Positions 11,717 through 26,075 of a stretch of 64,000 nt of DNA are shown piece after piece (position 1 is the stretch's first letter; each line of letters opens with the position of its first letter). The translations under genes and the position numbers were made by a program. Under the pieces are notes generated by a model. The model worked only from the letters and a program-made list of their open reading frames with translations. It did not search any database and had not been told where the DNA came from. This DNA is from Eledone cirrhosa. Lineage: Eukaryota. The DNA is taken from the NCBI GenBank assembly GCA_964016885.1, contig OZ024743.1, positions 17,422,001 through 17,486,000 on the forward strand, written 5' to 3'.

Positions 11717-14690
11717 AGATATATATATAGATATATAAATATGTATATATATAAATAGTGTAGGTCGTGGGTGCATGTGTATCCAGATATAAATATATCG
11801 TTCATTCCAGTTGACAACACAAACATGTTAAACACCCCATAGAAGCTGTTTGTTCGAATGTGTGTACTCTACTGTACGGCAATTTAATTCAAAGCCCAGA
11901 CTGAGTAACTGCACTGATTGCTCATAAATTGAAAAAATAGTTAATGGATATATTGGCTCTCTCTGAGCCACGGCTGTACGGAGATGGTCAGCTCAATGAA
12001 AATAGTTTTGGTTATACCTTTTTCGAAACGTGGGTGTTTCAGAATTGCAAAGGAGAGAATCAAGTGTTAGCTTCAGTGAAATGATTCTCTCATTTCATCC
12101 ACCGAGTATTAACTAAGTGAGTTTTCAGAACATAATATATATTTTCGTTTGCATTTGAAAAAAAGTAGATATGTCACACTAATAATAATTTACGCTTCCA
12201 GAATTTCAAAGCTAGAAGTTCGATTGAACAATACAAGGATGAACTTCAGGAATTATTGAGTAATATGCAATATTATGATAAGTAATCTCCAAGATTATGT
12301 TAATTATGTGTGACATCAACAGGAGAGTTGGATAGGAATTGATAGCATGACCTGCCCTACGTAGTCATCGTGTAGAAAAGTTCAAACGAACTGGCGTTTC
12401 CCTCCTTATTTCGCACTGTATATCGACGTGTAATAAGAAACACTTTCATTCTACACAAAGATATATATAATCTAACTTGGATGCAAAGACTTTGCATCTT
12501 ATTGATTACAATATAATTAAAACAAGTGGTGCAAAATATGTGTATACTCTGCGCTCAATGGGACAAGCAGAGTGTAGTAACAATCACCAGGACCAAATTC
12601 ACTCTACAATAACATCAAAAGTTAGACGCTCTGAGTCCAAGGTGAGTAAATGGCAGAAAATGTACATACTGTAATACTTGATCATTGAAAAAAAAGAGGA
12701 AGTTCCACAAGACTGAGTTGATGCTTTCTTAATCACCCTTTTGAAATTTCGTGCCAAAGACCAATGTGGTAATTTTAGAGGCATTTTTCTATTGTCTCTA
12801 CGTTTCAACACATGTTCTTTTAAAAATACGTTTACCATACCAACAGTGGTATTCGATTGAAAAGAAACACGTGTGATATGATCTTCACTATCAGACAACA
12901 GAGGAAAAGATCTATTGAACAGGCCCTAAATGTCAACCTTTGTTTTCGAAAGCATTCGTTAGACATTTGATACCATGAATGGGAATGATTTATGGTTGGG
13001 ACCTCCAAATCTTGATGCCTTCACAATTTATAAATATATTGAACGCTCTTCATAAGGCTGAAAGCTAGAGAGAAATTCAGGTCACGCTGTCTGAGTCGAT
13101 TACAATGGAAAGTGGTGTGAAACATAATGACCTCCAAGCACACACTCACTTTGCAATATATTCTGCTTCTCTTCCATGATACCTGACAAAACAACAATGA
13201 AAGAATATATATAATATATCGTACCACATGAAATCTATTTAATTTACCAAGACATAAGAGTAGACGCAAAGAGACCTATTGTATACTTACGAATATGACC
13301 ATGCCAGTCACACTGCGTATGGAGTGCAGCTGATGATATCTGCATTTGTTTCAGATCGTGTTATCTTTGCTTTTAGTGAAAAATTAGAGAAAGATTTAGA
13401 TTTATTTCACTTTGCACCTGGACTATTTGTGCCACAAACTCAAATATATATGACAGTAAATCTTCTTAAGATTGTTGAATCTTCAAATAACTTGGTGATG
13501 CAGTCAATAAAGATAGAACATTGGATTCAGAACTATCTCTAAGAAATAAAATGGCAGCGAAATATTTTGACTCTTTAGATTCTCGGGTTTGACCACATAG
13601 ACTTATCGAGAATGAATAAAAAATATCTATTTATACCATTTGTGAGATATTTTTCTGTACTCTTTTGAAACTTGAACATGTTACAAATATCACTTTAGAC
13701 TCAATCAGGAACGCTTACTCAATATTCAGAGAATAGTATGGAATCCATACTTTCCTGACTCTGAAATTCTGAACACAACGTATAATCGTTCCATGCAGGC
13801 AATGATTTTGAGTAAGTAATTGAGGTTAGCTGGTCAATTTGTATGTATTGCTTATGAGCGTGTCCCTAAGAAACTGTGTCATACGGAACATGCTCAAGGT
13901 AAAATAAATCAGAATACGCCAACAAAAGGGTCAAAGATACATAACACGATAACCTGAAGAATGTACGAATTGACCCTAAGGACCTAGAATATCTTGCAGT
14001 GTATCTTTCTACCTAGCATTGAAAATGATTGTTTGGTGTAACTATCTTTGCGTAAAACAGGCTAATGCATGTAAGAGATTATATGAAAACAAAAAGCAGA
14101 TTATGAGTAATCTGAATCTCATATTTCTCCTTGCATTCTCCTTGCATATTTCTCGTTGCATTTGTATATAAATAAGTAGAGAGATACAAGGAGAAAGGGA
14201 GAGCAAGGAGAAAAAGGAGAGTAAGGAGAACAATGAGAAAAGAAGAGGAAGGAGAACAAGAAGAAAAGGAGAGCAATGTGAGCCATGAGAAAGGGAGAGC
14301 AAGAAGAGGTAAAGGCAAGCATTGGTCAAAGTATGCTGGAAGCTGACAAAGATGAAGAATAGGAAGAAGAAAATAATCAACTGAAGAGGTACATTCTGCA
14401 CCAAAATTACTTTTCTTCCTTTACAACATCGAGACTTTCTATCAGCACTGGATTTCCTCGACAAAGAGCCTTCAACATGGAAGATGATCCTGGTTACAAA
14501 AGTGGACTTGAAAAAATTGAGAAGACAGTTGTTGTGAATGATGTCGCAGAAAGAGATGTGAAACACATTCAGGATTACAATAATTTTCTCACAAAATATT
14601 AAAGTGAGAAACAATTTGTTTTACAGAACGTTACCAAAAACCCGTAAAACATACCCGACTGCCACTAAATCCTCTCTTATGCAACAATAA

Positions 14691-14877
14691 TTGTTTCTAC
14701 TTTTGGCAACAGGCCAGCAATTATCCCAGTGCATTACTGGTACGTTATTTTATTGACCCCGTAAGGATGAAAGGCAAAGTTAACATCGGTAGGATTTGAA
14801 CTCAGAACGTAAAGGGCCATAACTCTATGCTACAAAGCATGGCGTCCGCCCCTCTACCGATATTGCCACTTCACCGC
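14691..14877 (-). mobile_element. tRNA-derived SINE, near full length
   Basis: Same core as 5085; minus-strand 5' end gcggtgaagtggcaatatcggtagag (A-box-like) and B-box. Confidence 0.88.
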
Positions 14878-15795
14878 TCTGTTATGCAAAAGTAATATTC
14901 AATATACAGTGATCAGTATTCACGTTGTGTTTTTGATTCTATAGTAATTATTGTTGTAAATAAAAAATGCGTTTCTCTTATTGAAGTTGTGTGCTTTATT
15001 AAGAAAACCTAATATTTCTTACTTTTTTCATATTATTTCAGTAAATTTCATTCAGTAAATTTCATTCAGAACGTTCTTAAATATTGAAGAAGAAAAAATA
15101 AAATTGTCGAGATAGGTAACAGTTTACCACTTTTAGAACAGAATTAATCCTTGCTGATACTATGTTACAACTTCAAGGTTTTCGAGGTTCGCCTTTGAGT
15201 TGTTCGATTGAGCTGAAATTTTGCACACCGCGATTGGGCGAAATCGTTGATCGGAACAGGATTAGACGATGATACCACCAAAATGTTAACTTTCGTAAAA
15301 TTATCTATTGCTAAAGGCCACCCTAATATATATATGTATACGACAATGCATGCACAGGAGTGCGAATGTAATTCAATAAATTATTGTGTGATGCACAATT
15401 ATGTTCTCTTCCTGTATTCCACGTTTATTTACTGTTAATTATCCTCTATTACATTCTGAGTTACGTGAGTGCGTAAATCCAGTTAGAATATAGGTAAAAG
15501 GGGAGATGTAAATCAAATAATAAAATATGGAAATGTAATCTTCTTTCTTGGAATCAATACGAGCATATTTAAACACATTGTATAACCCAAAATACTGCGA
15601 TTCATACCATTACATATAAGTTTTATCTGCCAAAGAACTAGGTGGTGACTGCACATCGTTTAAGTATTTACTGTGATGCTAATTGTTCCCACCTGGATGT
15701 ATTAACAATTTAAACTAAGAATGCTTACATGTATTATGCCCTCACATCGATGCACACACATTCACTAATCACTAAAACTACCCCTCTCTCTCTCA

Positions 15796-15827
<32 letters not shown>

Positions 15828-15964
15828 ATACTTTGGGAAATATATATATATATTGTTATACTTTGGGAAATATATATATATATGTAGAAAGTCAGTAATA
15901 TTGTAGAACAATAGAACTATGCATATATCAGATAACTAGCACTCAACAGTTGGTAGAACTGGAG

Positions 15965-16175
15965 TATATATAATAAAGAAGAAATTAAAAGCTGGTTAAA
16001 GAGTTCTATATATTTTATTATGCGCATTTCGAATACAAATTCATCCTGGGACAAAAATTGTGTTCTCATCATGAGAACACAATTTTTGTCCCAGGATGAA
16101 TTTGTATTCGAAATGCGCATAATAAAATATATAGAACTCTTTAACCAGCTTTTAATTTCTTCTTTATTATATATA
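15965..16175. repeat. Perfect ~105 bp-arm palindrome of a 5'-truncated hammerhead end (same family as 21920-21989)
   Basis: Centre at C16070; arm reads ATGA-GAACACAA...TTTGTATTC-GAAA-TGCGCA-TA-ATAAAATA; right arm ends in (TA)n. Confidence 0.9.
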
Positions 16176-16188
16176 TATATATATACAG

Positions 16189-16274
<86 letters not shown>

Positions 16275-17407
16275 ATATATAGATAGATAGACACATAAAT
16301 ATAAGTATGTACATTTAATCTCACTCACACATAAACATATGTGCTCATGTATCTTTGTCTACGTGTATCTGTGCATTTTCGTGCTTCTGTGACTGTTTCT
16401 CTGTGTGTGTCTGATAGAAATATGTGATATTATTGCGAGAGATGTGGCAGAAGATTATTAAAATAATTGATATTTAAGTGGGTTAATTTACAAAATATAT
16501 AAAATGTTTCTTCATGGAAGGTAGAATAGCTGCTATATGCAGTGTGATGTTATTAGATGTATGAAATGTGGAAATAGAAGTAGAGTAATATCAGAGAGGT
16601 CTAGCAAATATGGTGTGCGTTTTTGTTCCGATTTCCTTCTGCGTTCCTCGCACTTTCAGACATCTGTGATATTTTTTAATTCTATTTTTGCTACAAAACC
16701 TACATTCAGATAATTGCTTTAAATTACATCAAAATAGGATGTTCTATTTATATCTCCGACTCAGATACGGCCAATTAGCTTTATATCCAGGACACTGTCA
16801 GAATTAAAAGTATTAAAGAAATGTTTATCAAAAATACTTGTCAAGAAAAAAAAACACACACAAACATCGTTCCAGGATAATTTCTCAATCGATACAAAAA
16901 TCTGCACGCAAAACAAAATATAATGGAATAAATACCATCGCAAATAAATTTTGTCTATTTTATAATATCAAGCAGTTTTAAGAAACGAATTAAATATACT
17001 GTTGATGGTATTTAGCGTGCATTATGTACGTGCTTTTACCATACTTTTGCATCTAAGCATTCAGAAGATGGAAATAATTTAATTAACTGAAATGTAAATA
17101 GCGATTTAGTAGCAAATTATAATTGTATTTCAAATCCCATACCGGAAAAAATCTCTCAATGAACCATTTCACTCAGAATGCTCGTATACATATTTGTACC
17201 TATGAATGATTTATCCATATGTGTATGTGTATAATTGTCTGCACTTTTATATCTGTCTGTGTTATCTGTCTGACACACCCACTCTAACTATCAAATATAT
17301 AGCTATATATTGTAATTCACAGGAACCACATTAAAGCCAAAAGCTTATCGAGTACCTTGCTTGTATATGTATCTCTCTGCCTCTCTCTGTCTATAGGTCT
17401 GGCTTTA

Positions 17408-17471
<64 letters not shown>

Positions 17472-17476
17472 TCTCT

Positions 17477-17549
<73 letters not shown>

Positions 17550-17831
17550 ATTAAGTTGATTTTTATATGATCCATTCGGCTAACTGGGGTTGTCTTGGGC
17601 ACCATATACATGAGATTACTTCTCACAAATATATTGGGTTGTTGCCCAAATGAACCAGGTGCAAATTGACATAAATTTATGTTTTTGCATTGTCTTGGCG
17701 AGTGCCATTTTTATCAATCAGATAGTAAACAGTGGAGACAGTTGGCTGGTGTTTTTTGGCAAAAAAGAAAAAAATAATATTTGTGATTGAGTTTGATTTC
17801 CTCAATGGCCCATTCCTCCTCAGCAGTTGTT

Positions 17832-17908
<77 letters not shown>

Positions 17909-18327
17909 AGGGTAGATTTATGAATAGACATAAGACTGAAAGTTATATTTCAGTGCCTGTTTTGATTGATAAGGATAGTGGAATAAGTGGTCTAGGTCCA
18001 CTGCTCCGACTATCATCTGCGGATTAAGTGAACGAAGAAGCGGAAAAAGAAGAAGAGGGAAAGAAGTGTTACACAAAGAGGGGTAGACAACATAGAGTAT
18101 ATATATAAATATATATATATATAGAACCCACGCAACGCCTGTACCCGCACACATACTGACCTATACACCAAATACAAATAAATATATATATATATATATG
18201 TGTTTGTGTGTGCGTGCGTGTATTCATATAATTATATGAACGTATATAAATGTACACACATAAATACGTACATAACGCGCGCACACACATACCTACATGT
18301 AAATGCACATATGTTCGCTTAACTACG

Positions 18328-19097
18328 TCAACCAAAACACAAACTACACATATACACACACGCTACATACGTACGAACCCGCATACTCACACACACGCAA
18401 AACTCACGTATACACATAACCATATGCACATGTACCAGTATATACAATATAATACATACGCCTATACCATATACAAGCAAATATACGTACGAGAAAGTAT
18501 ACGTCCCTTCACAAAACATACAGGTAATATAGAGTATTTCCAGGGCTTCAGCGGCGCAGAGGTCGCATGGTCTTTTATATCCGTTATTCGATCTAGCCCT
18601 AGCTAGGATCTCCCAGTGTAATTTATATTGGGTGTAGTTGACTTTTAGACTCCAGATATAAGCTGAAAGTGACATCACGTTCTTTCTTAAAGGGTTAAGA
18701 AAAGAATGGGTATGCATGTACAGACGCTGCTTGAATCTATTGGCGGTTAATCCTATGTAGCCGGTACGGGACGTGGGTGATGCAACATTACATTTGTAGA
18801 CAATGTTACTAGAGTTACGGATAGGGGCAATGAACCCGATTCCTACAATTACAGTTAGTACTAGCTTCATGGTTGCACGTGTTCCTACGGCTAGCTAATT
18901 TAGCTAAATTTGAAGCTGTGATGTTATGTGCAAGGTTAGGAGTGGTAGAGTAGAAATATTAATGGTATTTCTATTAACAATTGTATTATATTTATGTGCT
19001 GGGGGAAATGCTTCATAAGAAGGGAGAGAAAGATCTTAGCTAATGGTGTGGCCATGTCCATATTATATGGGGGGTTATACCATATAATGTGTCGGGA
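18328..19097 (-). pseudogene. PLE 3' fragment (linker plus GIY-YIG endonuclease), decayed
   Basis: NIVYKCNV...YIGLTANRFKQR...H...LSAYIWSLK...W...CDLCAAE; upstream IWYNP motif near 19080. Confidence 0.8.
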
Positions 19098-19354
19098 TAT
19101 ATATATATATATATATTTCTACGGCGGGTAAAATTCTCGAGATCCATGGACTAGTTCTCTCCAGCGGTCTCTGTCCCTCATTATCGCTGCCATGTCCTGC
19201 GTCTCCAACAGACCAGTGTTATATATATATTATATATATGTATATAAATATACTTATATGATAATAGAAATTATAAATGTGAAGACTAAAATCGAAAGAG
19301 GGCCCGAAAAACGTAAATATATATATAATATATAAGAACCCAAGAGTAAATATT

Positions 19355-19490
19355 TATTAAAATAACAGATTAAAGTTTAAGCAAATTAATCGCTGCTTTC
19401 ACTCTTAACGGGATCTCATGAGTTTCAGAATGTCGAGTTAAGGGTGAAAACAGCGATTATTATCTTAAACTTTGATCTGTTATTTTAATA
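19355..19490. repeat. Small fold-back of HHR family G ends, next to (TA)n
   Basis: aaaataacagattaaagtttaag...ttcactcttaac inverted with gttaagggtgaaaa...ctgttatttt; homologous to 40158-40224. Confidence 0.7.
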
Positions 19491-19542
19491 TATACATATA
19501 TATATATATATATATATGTACATATATACACATATATATATA

Positions 19543-19597
<55 letters not shown>

Positions 19598-19616
19598 ATA
19601 ATAATAAATTTGCAGA

Positions 19617-19665
<49 letters not shown>

Positions 19666-19684
19666 ATAATAATAAATTTGCAGA

Positions 19685-19757
<73 letters not shown>

Positions 19758-20188
19758 TTATATATATATATGTATATATGTAGATAAATCTACCAAAACA
19801 TAAGTCTGCATTCCTCTACCCCTAAATTAAATTTCTACTACTACTATTCTATCAACTTGACCCCTTAATACTTTTCTATTGGTCAATTCAAAACCTGTTC
19901 CGAAACAGACCTATTATATTAAATCTGTGTTGGACTTTTTCAATAAACAAATCTCATCATTTCTGAAGACAGAATATATATGTGAAGGTATGTATATTTC
20001 CACTGATAGTTTGTAATATTTTTACATAGATCTATATGATATACATACCAACACACATCTATATCCTAGAAACGATCGTAAAATTATGAATTTTTTAATA
20101 TAAGGAATCTTGTTCTTTGTTTGTATTCATTATTTTATAAATTTATATATATATATATATATATATACATATATAAATTAATAATAAT

Positions 20189-20249
<61 letters not shown>

Positions 20250-20250
<1 letters not shown>

Positions 20251-20760
20251 TCCACCTGTTTGCTGAAAATCATAAAATCATGAATGTTTATCATGAATGT
20301 TTATCTCCCTTGTTTGCTGAAAATTTAAATAAGTGAGATTGTCATTACTCTAAAACAATAGGGTAAGGTGTTCAAAATGCTTTTAATTAAGCATACATTG
20401 TATTGCAAAATACACTATATATACATACATATATATATCGTTATTTCAGAGAATCAATTCCAATTTTCAATTTCTGCTTGACCGGCAACGTGATCATTAC
20501 TAGAATTCTATAAGAATCAAACATTCATTATTTTCAGCAAACAGGTGGAGTACTTAGCTTTGATAAGTACCAACAAGTACGAAACAGAGCTCTGTCAGCT
20601 TTATCTCCCCTGTTTGCTGAAAATTTAAAGTAAGTGAGACCGTCACTACTCTAAAACAATAGTCTTCGAAATGCTTTTATTTAAGTATACATTGTATAGC
20701 AAAATACACTATATATATATACATTCGTATATATATCGCTATTTCAGAGCACCAATTCCA

Positions 20761-20762
<2 letters not shown>
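20250..20762. repeat. Tandem plus inverted rearranged non-coding insertion between (TA)n tracts
   Basis: 20300-20463 repeats at 20600-20762; 20250-20270 is inverted at 20530-20552. Confidence 0.65.
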
Positions 20763-20835
<73 letters not shown>

Positions 20836-20862
20836 CATAAACATATATATATATGCATAAAC

Positions 20863-20907
<45 letters not shown>

Positions 20908-21697
20908 TATATGTATATATATATATATATATCCTAAACAAGAAAGACGAACTGGTAACCGCATGCAAACACAGATTGCGTAGGACATACCTCGCCCTCA
21001 AACCCTATAACGACCCGGGTGGGTAGAAAAGAGCTGATACCCCCCTACACACAGACACTTTCCGAATAATTTAGGGGAAACCCCAGCTTACATAGGTAGA
21101 AGTATCTCTTTTCTTTTCTTCTTTGTTTTCTTCTTCCGCCTGTCTTATCCTATCACTTCCTTCCACACCCTATTTTCTTCCTCGTCTGCTTTTTCCGTTT
21201 CGCTTACCTCGATGCAGCCCATCGGGCCTTGTAGCATCAGTTACTCCAACCTTGTAATTTTAAGATAGAATTGGCCGAAACGTTTTACTAACTACTTATA
21301 GCAGATGTGTTAAACCCCTTTAATTTTGTATCAGTTTTTTTTCTATTCTCATCTTATTAACCTGTAATTGGAAGATAGCATTGTGATTTTTTAAATTCAT
21401 TTCTCACTATCTAATTTTATATATATATTTTTTTTCTAGCATCTTTTTTAGTCTCCTACTCTCATTCGATTTACCTATCCTCTAACCTCCCTCCTCCATT
21501 TCATACACTATCCTTAGAATCTGCTGTATACATATCACTTTCAAAGCTTGACCGCACAACTCACTCCCGTATTGTTCTGCAGGCAAGTTCAGCCACCCCT
21601 ACCTCCCACCAAATGTCTTGATAGATTTATTTGTGTTTAAAACAAATGTTAACCAACTACAATCTTCCCATATAAGGAAGTACCCTCTTGCCAATTT

Positions 21698-21871
21698 CGG
21701 CTATTTATTCACCAGGCTAAAAAATCTAATTTAGTCCAGAAATAGCCGTCGAAACGGCTTGTGCTCTGCCGTCGGGGTCATATTTTTTCCTATTTCCCAC
21801 TCTACTACCCTAAGTATTGAGTACTATGGTGCATTATGGTCCATCTGGTTCGTTACCACAATTCCTTTGTT
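21698..21871 (+). mobile_element. Family F 3' end with partial hammerhead (helix II, GAAA, helix III, GUC; 5' core missing or decayed)
   Basis: CGGCTATTT...AAATAGCCG-TC-GAAA-CGGC(ttgtgctct)GCCG-TC-GGGGTC; ends in (TA)n. Confidence 0.6.
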
Positions 21872-21919
21872 ATATATATATATAATATGAGATCAAAATA
21901 TGATTAAAAGAGTTCCAAG

Positions 21920-21989
21920 TATTTTATTATGCGCATTTCAAAACAAACATCATCATCGGATAATATCTGCGTTCTCATCAGATAAAATA
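21920..21989 (-). ncRNA. Type I hammerhead of the fold-back PLE (mirror copy at 24374-24444 has a mutated triplet)
   Basis: TATTTTAT-CTGATGA-long helix II-GAAA-TGCGCA-TA-ATAAAATA; 8 bp perfect helix I; palindromic helix III; AUA triplet. Confidence 0.82.
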
Positions 21990-22373
21990 GGGAGACATGA
22001 TATGAAGCTTAAAAAATACTTGTGAGCAGTGAAGTTTTAAATCAACATATGAAAAATAAACTAAGATGGATATGTGAGATTTTGAAAAAAATGAGGGGGG
22101 GGGTAGGAAAAGGTAAGGAAGAGGAAGAAAAAAAAGTAAAGGATGGCGGGGGAGGAGTATAAGAAGGAAGGATGAGAGAGGAGAAGAAATGGGTGATAGA
22201 GAGAGAGAAATAGCCTTTACAACTGAGAAAACATTGTCTCACAGAGAGAAATTTAAAAACCGTTTGAAGATAATACATAATTTAGAAGATTTTGAAATTA
22301 AACGTTAATGAGGTTTATGCATGGAGAAAAAGGAATTAAGAATGGTATTAAATTATATTGAAGGGTTTAATAA

Positions 22374-22555
22374 TTGTTTCTACTTTAGGCACAAGGCCAG
22401 CAATTACCCAGTACACTACTGGTACTTTATTTTATCGACCCCGTAAGGATGAAAGGCAAAGTTAACCTCGGCGGGATTTGAACGCAGACTGTAAAGGGAC
22501 GTAACTATGCTAGAAAACATGGCGTCCAACCCTCTACCGACACTGCCAATTCACC
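22374..22555 (-). mobile_element. tRNA-derived SINE inserted in the left arm of the fold-back PLE
   Basis: SINE core present; absent at the equivalent site of the right arm (~23990). Confidence 0.9.
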
Positions 22556-22842
22556 ATGTGCGAAAAATGAATTAATGTATTATTAAAATAAAAATATTAA
22601 TGATATTAAGGATATAATGTGAAAGAAGGAGAAGAATAAATGAGTTATGAACTTAGAGGAATTAGTTAGGGTTTAAATGTGTTTTTATGTATTGTAATAT
22701 GTAAACATAAATAGTAGGTTTAAAACAAGCACGGAAGGAGAGAAGAAAAAAGAAACTTTAAGGGAGAAAAATATCTAACGTCAAAAAGTATATATGTTTA
22801 CGAACATTTTCTAATGGTAATATTATCATATATTAGGTTTAA

Positions 22843-23211
22843 ATGGTAGGTTTAAAACGAGCACGAGATACTAATTCTTTTACCTATTTCGGTTCCACTA
22901 CCACTTCCTTCAAAGCTAGATTTTATAATCACAAAACGTCTCTTAAATACCAACTTAAAAGAACTAACACGGCACTCTCGGAACTCATATGGTCCTTTAA
23001 AGACAAAAATATTAACTATAACATCTCTTGGAGGAAGGTTTGCTCCGCCTTTCCTTACCTGAATTCTTCCCTATCCAGAACATGTAATCTCTGCCTAGCC
23101 AATACATTTACCATTATATCTAATTTCAATTCTATAATAAATAGACGCACAGATTTATTTTCGCTCTGCTTGCATAAATCCCATAGAACATTCCATAAAG
23201 TATACAGCTAA
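22843..23211 (+). pseudogene. GIY-YIG endonuclease C-terminal remnant of a PLE
   Basis: YxGxT...FKxR..NH, LS..IW..K and CxLC motifs shared with the fragments at 18328 and 63570. Confidence 0.8.
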
Positions 23212-24565
23212 TATCTCAATACCTTATTAGTTTAAAATCCTCTTTTCTCAAAGGCTTATATATCTTTTACAAATATACGCTTCTTTCTACCTTATTTCAG
23301 TATTATATATTATATAATACAATTTACTCATTCTATGTCGTTATGATCCCCTATCTTTCTTCTTTATCATTTTCCTTTCTTCCTTTTTTTTATTTCTAAT
23401 CTCTAATCTGTATTTTTTCTTCTCAATTCATATTATTATTCGCTACAGCATTATCCATTTTTCCATCTTTCCTCATATTATTGGCCATTAAAACTATATA
23501 TATATTTTTTTAAATGTATTATAATATTACCATTAGAATATTTTCGTAAACATATATACTTTTTGACGTTAGATATTGTTTTCTTCATTAAATTTTTCTT
23601 CTTTCTTCTCTCCTTCCACGCTCGTTTTAAACCTACTATTTATTTTTACTTGTACATATTACAATACATAAAAACAAACTTAAACCCTAACTAATTCCTT
23701 TTTTTAATATATTATAATATTACCATTAGAAAATGTTCGTAAATATATATACTTTTGGACGTTAGATATTTTTCTTCCTTAAAGTTTCTTTTTTTTCTCT
23801 CCTTCCCTGCTCGTTTTAAACCTACTATTTACGTTTACATATTACAATACATAAAAACAAATTTAAAACCTAACTAATTCCTCTAAGTTCATAACTCATT
23901 TATTCTTCTCCTTCTTTCACATTATATCCTTAATATCATTAATATTTTTTATATTAATAATATATATTAATAAATTCTTTTTTTCGCACATATTATTAAA
24001 CCCTTCAATATACAAACCTTAATTTAATACTATTCTTAATTCCTTTTCCTTCATGCATAAACCTCATTAACTTTTAATTTTAAAATCTTTTCAATTATCT
24101 ATTATCTTCCAACGTTTTTTTAATTTCTCTCTGTGAGACAATGTTTTCTCAGTTGTAAAGGCTATTTCTCTCTCTCTATCACCCATTTCTCTTCCTCTCT
24201 CATCCTTCCTTATTATACTCCTCCCCACCATCCATTACTTTTCTTTCTTCCTCTTCCTTACCTTTTCCTCACTTTTTCCCAATCTCATATATCTATCTAA
24301 GTTTATTTTTCATATGTTGATTTAAAACTTCACTGCTCCAAATGTGTTTTTTAAGCTTTATATCATGTCTCCCTATTTTATCTGATGAGAACGCAGATAT
24401 CATCTGATGATGATATTTGTTTTTGAAATGCGCAAATAACATACTTGGAACTCTTTTAACCATCTTTTCATCTTATATTATTTATAATACAGTCCAACAA
24501 ACTGTAGAGTGCTACTTATCCGATATTTGCATTGCTCTATTGTGCTACAATAAAACTCACCTCCT

Positions 24566-24638
<73 letters not shown>

Positions 24639-24822
24639 TGAATTTCGTAATTCTAACGAAATACAGTATAAATTAACATTCAGAAAGCCATACCTATGAA
24701 TGACACTGACAAATTTGTAAATGTTTATGTACATGATGTATTTTTTTAGAAATATGAAATTTAAATACACACACACACATACATACACACACACACACAC
24801 AAATACATACACATACATACAG

Positions 24823-24924
<102 letters not shown>

Positions 24925-26036
24925 TTTTTTATTTCATAGAAGGAGCTTCTACAGGACTAGTACTGTTGCATTTAGATGTAATCTTCAGGAAACTGGGTGT
25001 CATATTAAGTTCTGGTATTTATACATTTAGGTAGTGTAAGGGAGGGGTGGTGGGAGGGGGGGGGGCAGTATTTACATACACAGGACCACTTCATGGCACA
25101 AGCCGTTTTTTCTTTGGGGAGTGGTCAATTAGCCAGAGTGCTTTTTTGAAATAAATAAATATGTAAATAAATAAATAAATGAATAAATAGAAAAAAGAAT
25201 AAATAGATAAAATAAATAAAAAAATAAATAAATGAATAAAAACCCCAAGAATAATAATTCAACAGATATATAGTAGGGAAATTTAGGTGGGTTGGTAATA
25301 GAAATTAAACATTTAACAAGACCGAATCATGGCACAGACTGGGGTGAGTGGTCAAGTTAACATACAAGCCACAGGTGGCCAGAGTGTTTTTGTAGGATGG
25401 AAAGAATAAAATATATTTACATACTCACAACCACATACAAAAACACTTACACACACATATATACCCATATATATATACATATATACATACATATATATGT
25501 GTATGTGTTTGCACACCTACACATTCACACACATACACATATATATATTCATATATACATATATATATATATATACACACACACACATATGTGTGCGTAT
25601 ACACATACACATACACACACATACATATACACACGCACACACATACATACATACATACACATATATACATATATACAGAAGAAAAACACAAACACACAAA
25701 TATACACACACACGGATACACATACACACAAATATATATCTACACATACACGCGTGCGCATACACATACACATATATACATATATATATACATATATATG
25801 TATACACATATATATATATATATATATATACACCTTCTTGTACGTATGTTTTTCTCGTGTAAACTATACTATGCATACACATACATACATATACACATAC
25901 ATACATACACATACATACACACACACACAAACACATACATTCACACATACATATACATATATACACACACACACACACACATACTTATAAAATCTCATAT
26001 ATATATATATATATATACCTATACACATACACATAC

Positions 26037-26075
<39 letters not shown>

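Larger units (their letters stand above)
21883..24480 (+). mobile_element. Fold-back PLE fragment: inverted arm 21883-22866, GIY-YIG C-terminal remnant, 3' arm to 24480
   Basis: Arms are reverse complements (right arm has a ~190 bp tandem duplication); ORF 22843-23211 YFGSTTTSFKARFYNH...LSELIW...CNLCL; HHR in both arms. Confidence 0.85.

Noticed and set aside
14691-14877. tRNA gene (A/B boxes present)
   Set aside because: No cloverleaf; it is the head of a multi-copy SINE
15170-15330. DNA-transposon-like end (ccaccctaata)
   Set aside because: No matching second TIR found; too fragmentary
19595-19690. Repeat-spacer-like pattern (CRISPR-like)
   Set aside because: Spacers are (TA)n, the context is eukaryotic and there are no cas genes
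21254-21288. GTAA..TTAAGA..CCGAAACGTT-TTAC, a possible decayed minimal HHR
   Set aside because: Core and helix II are too degenerate to call
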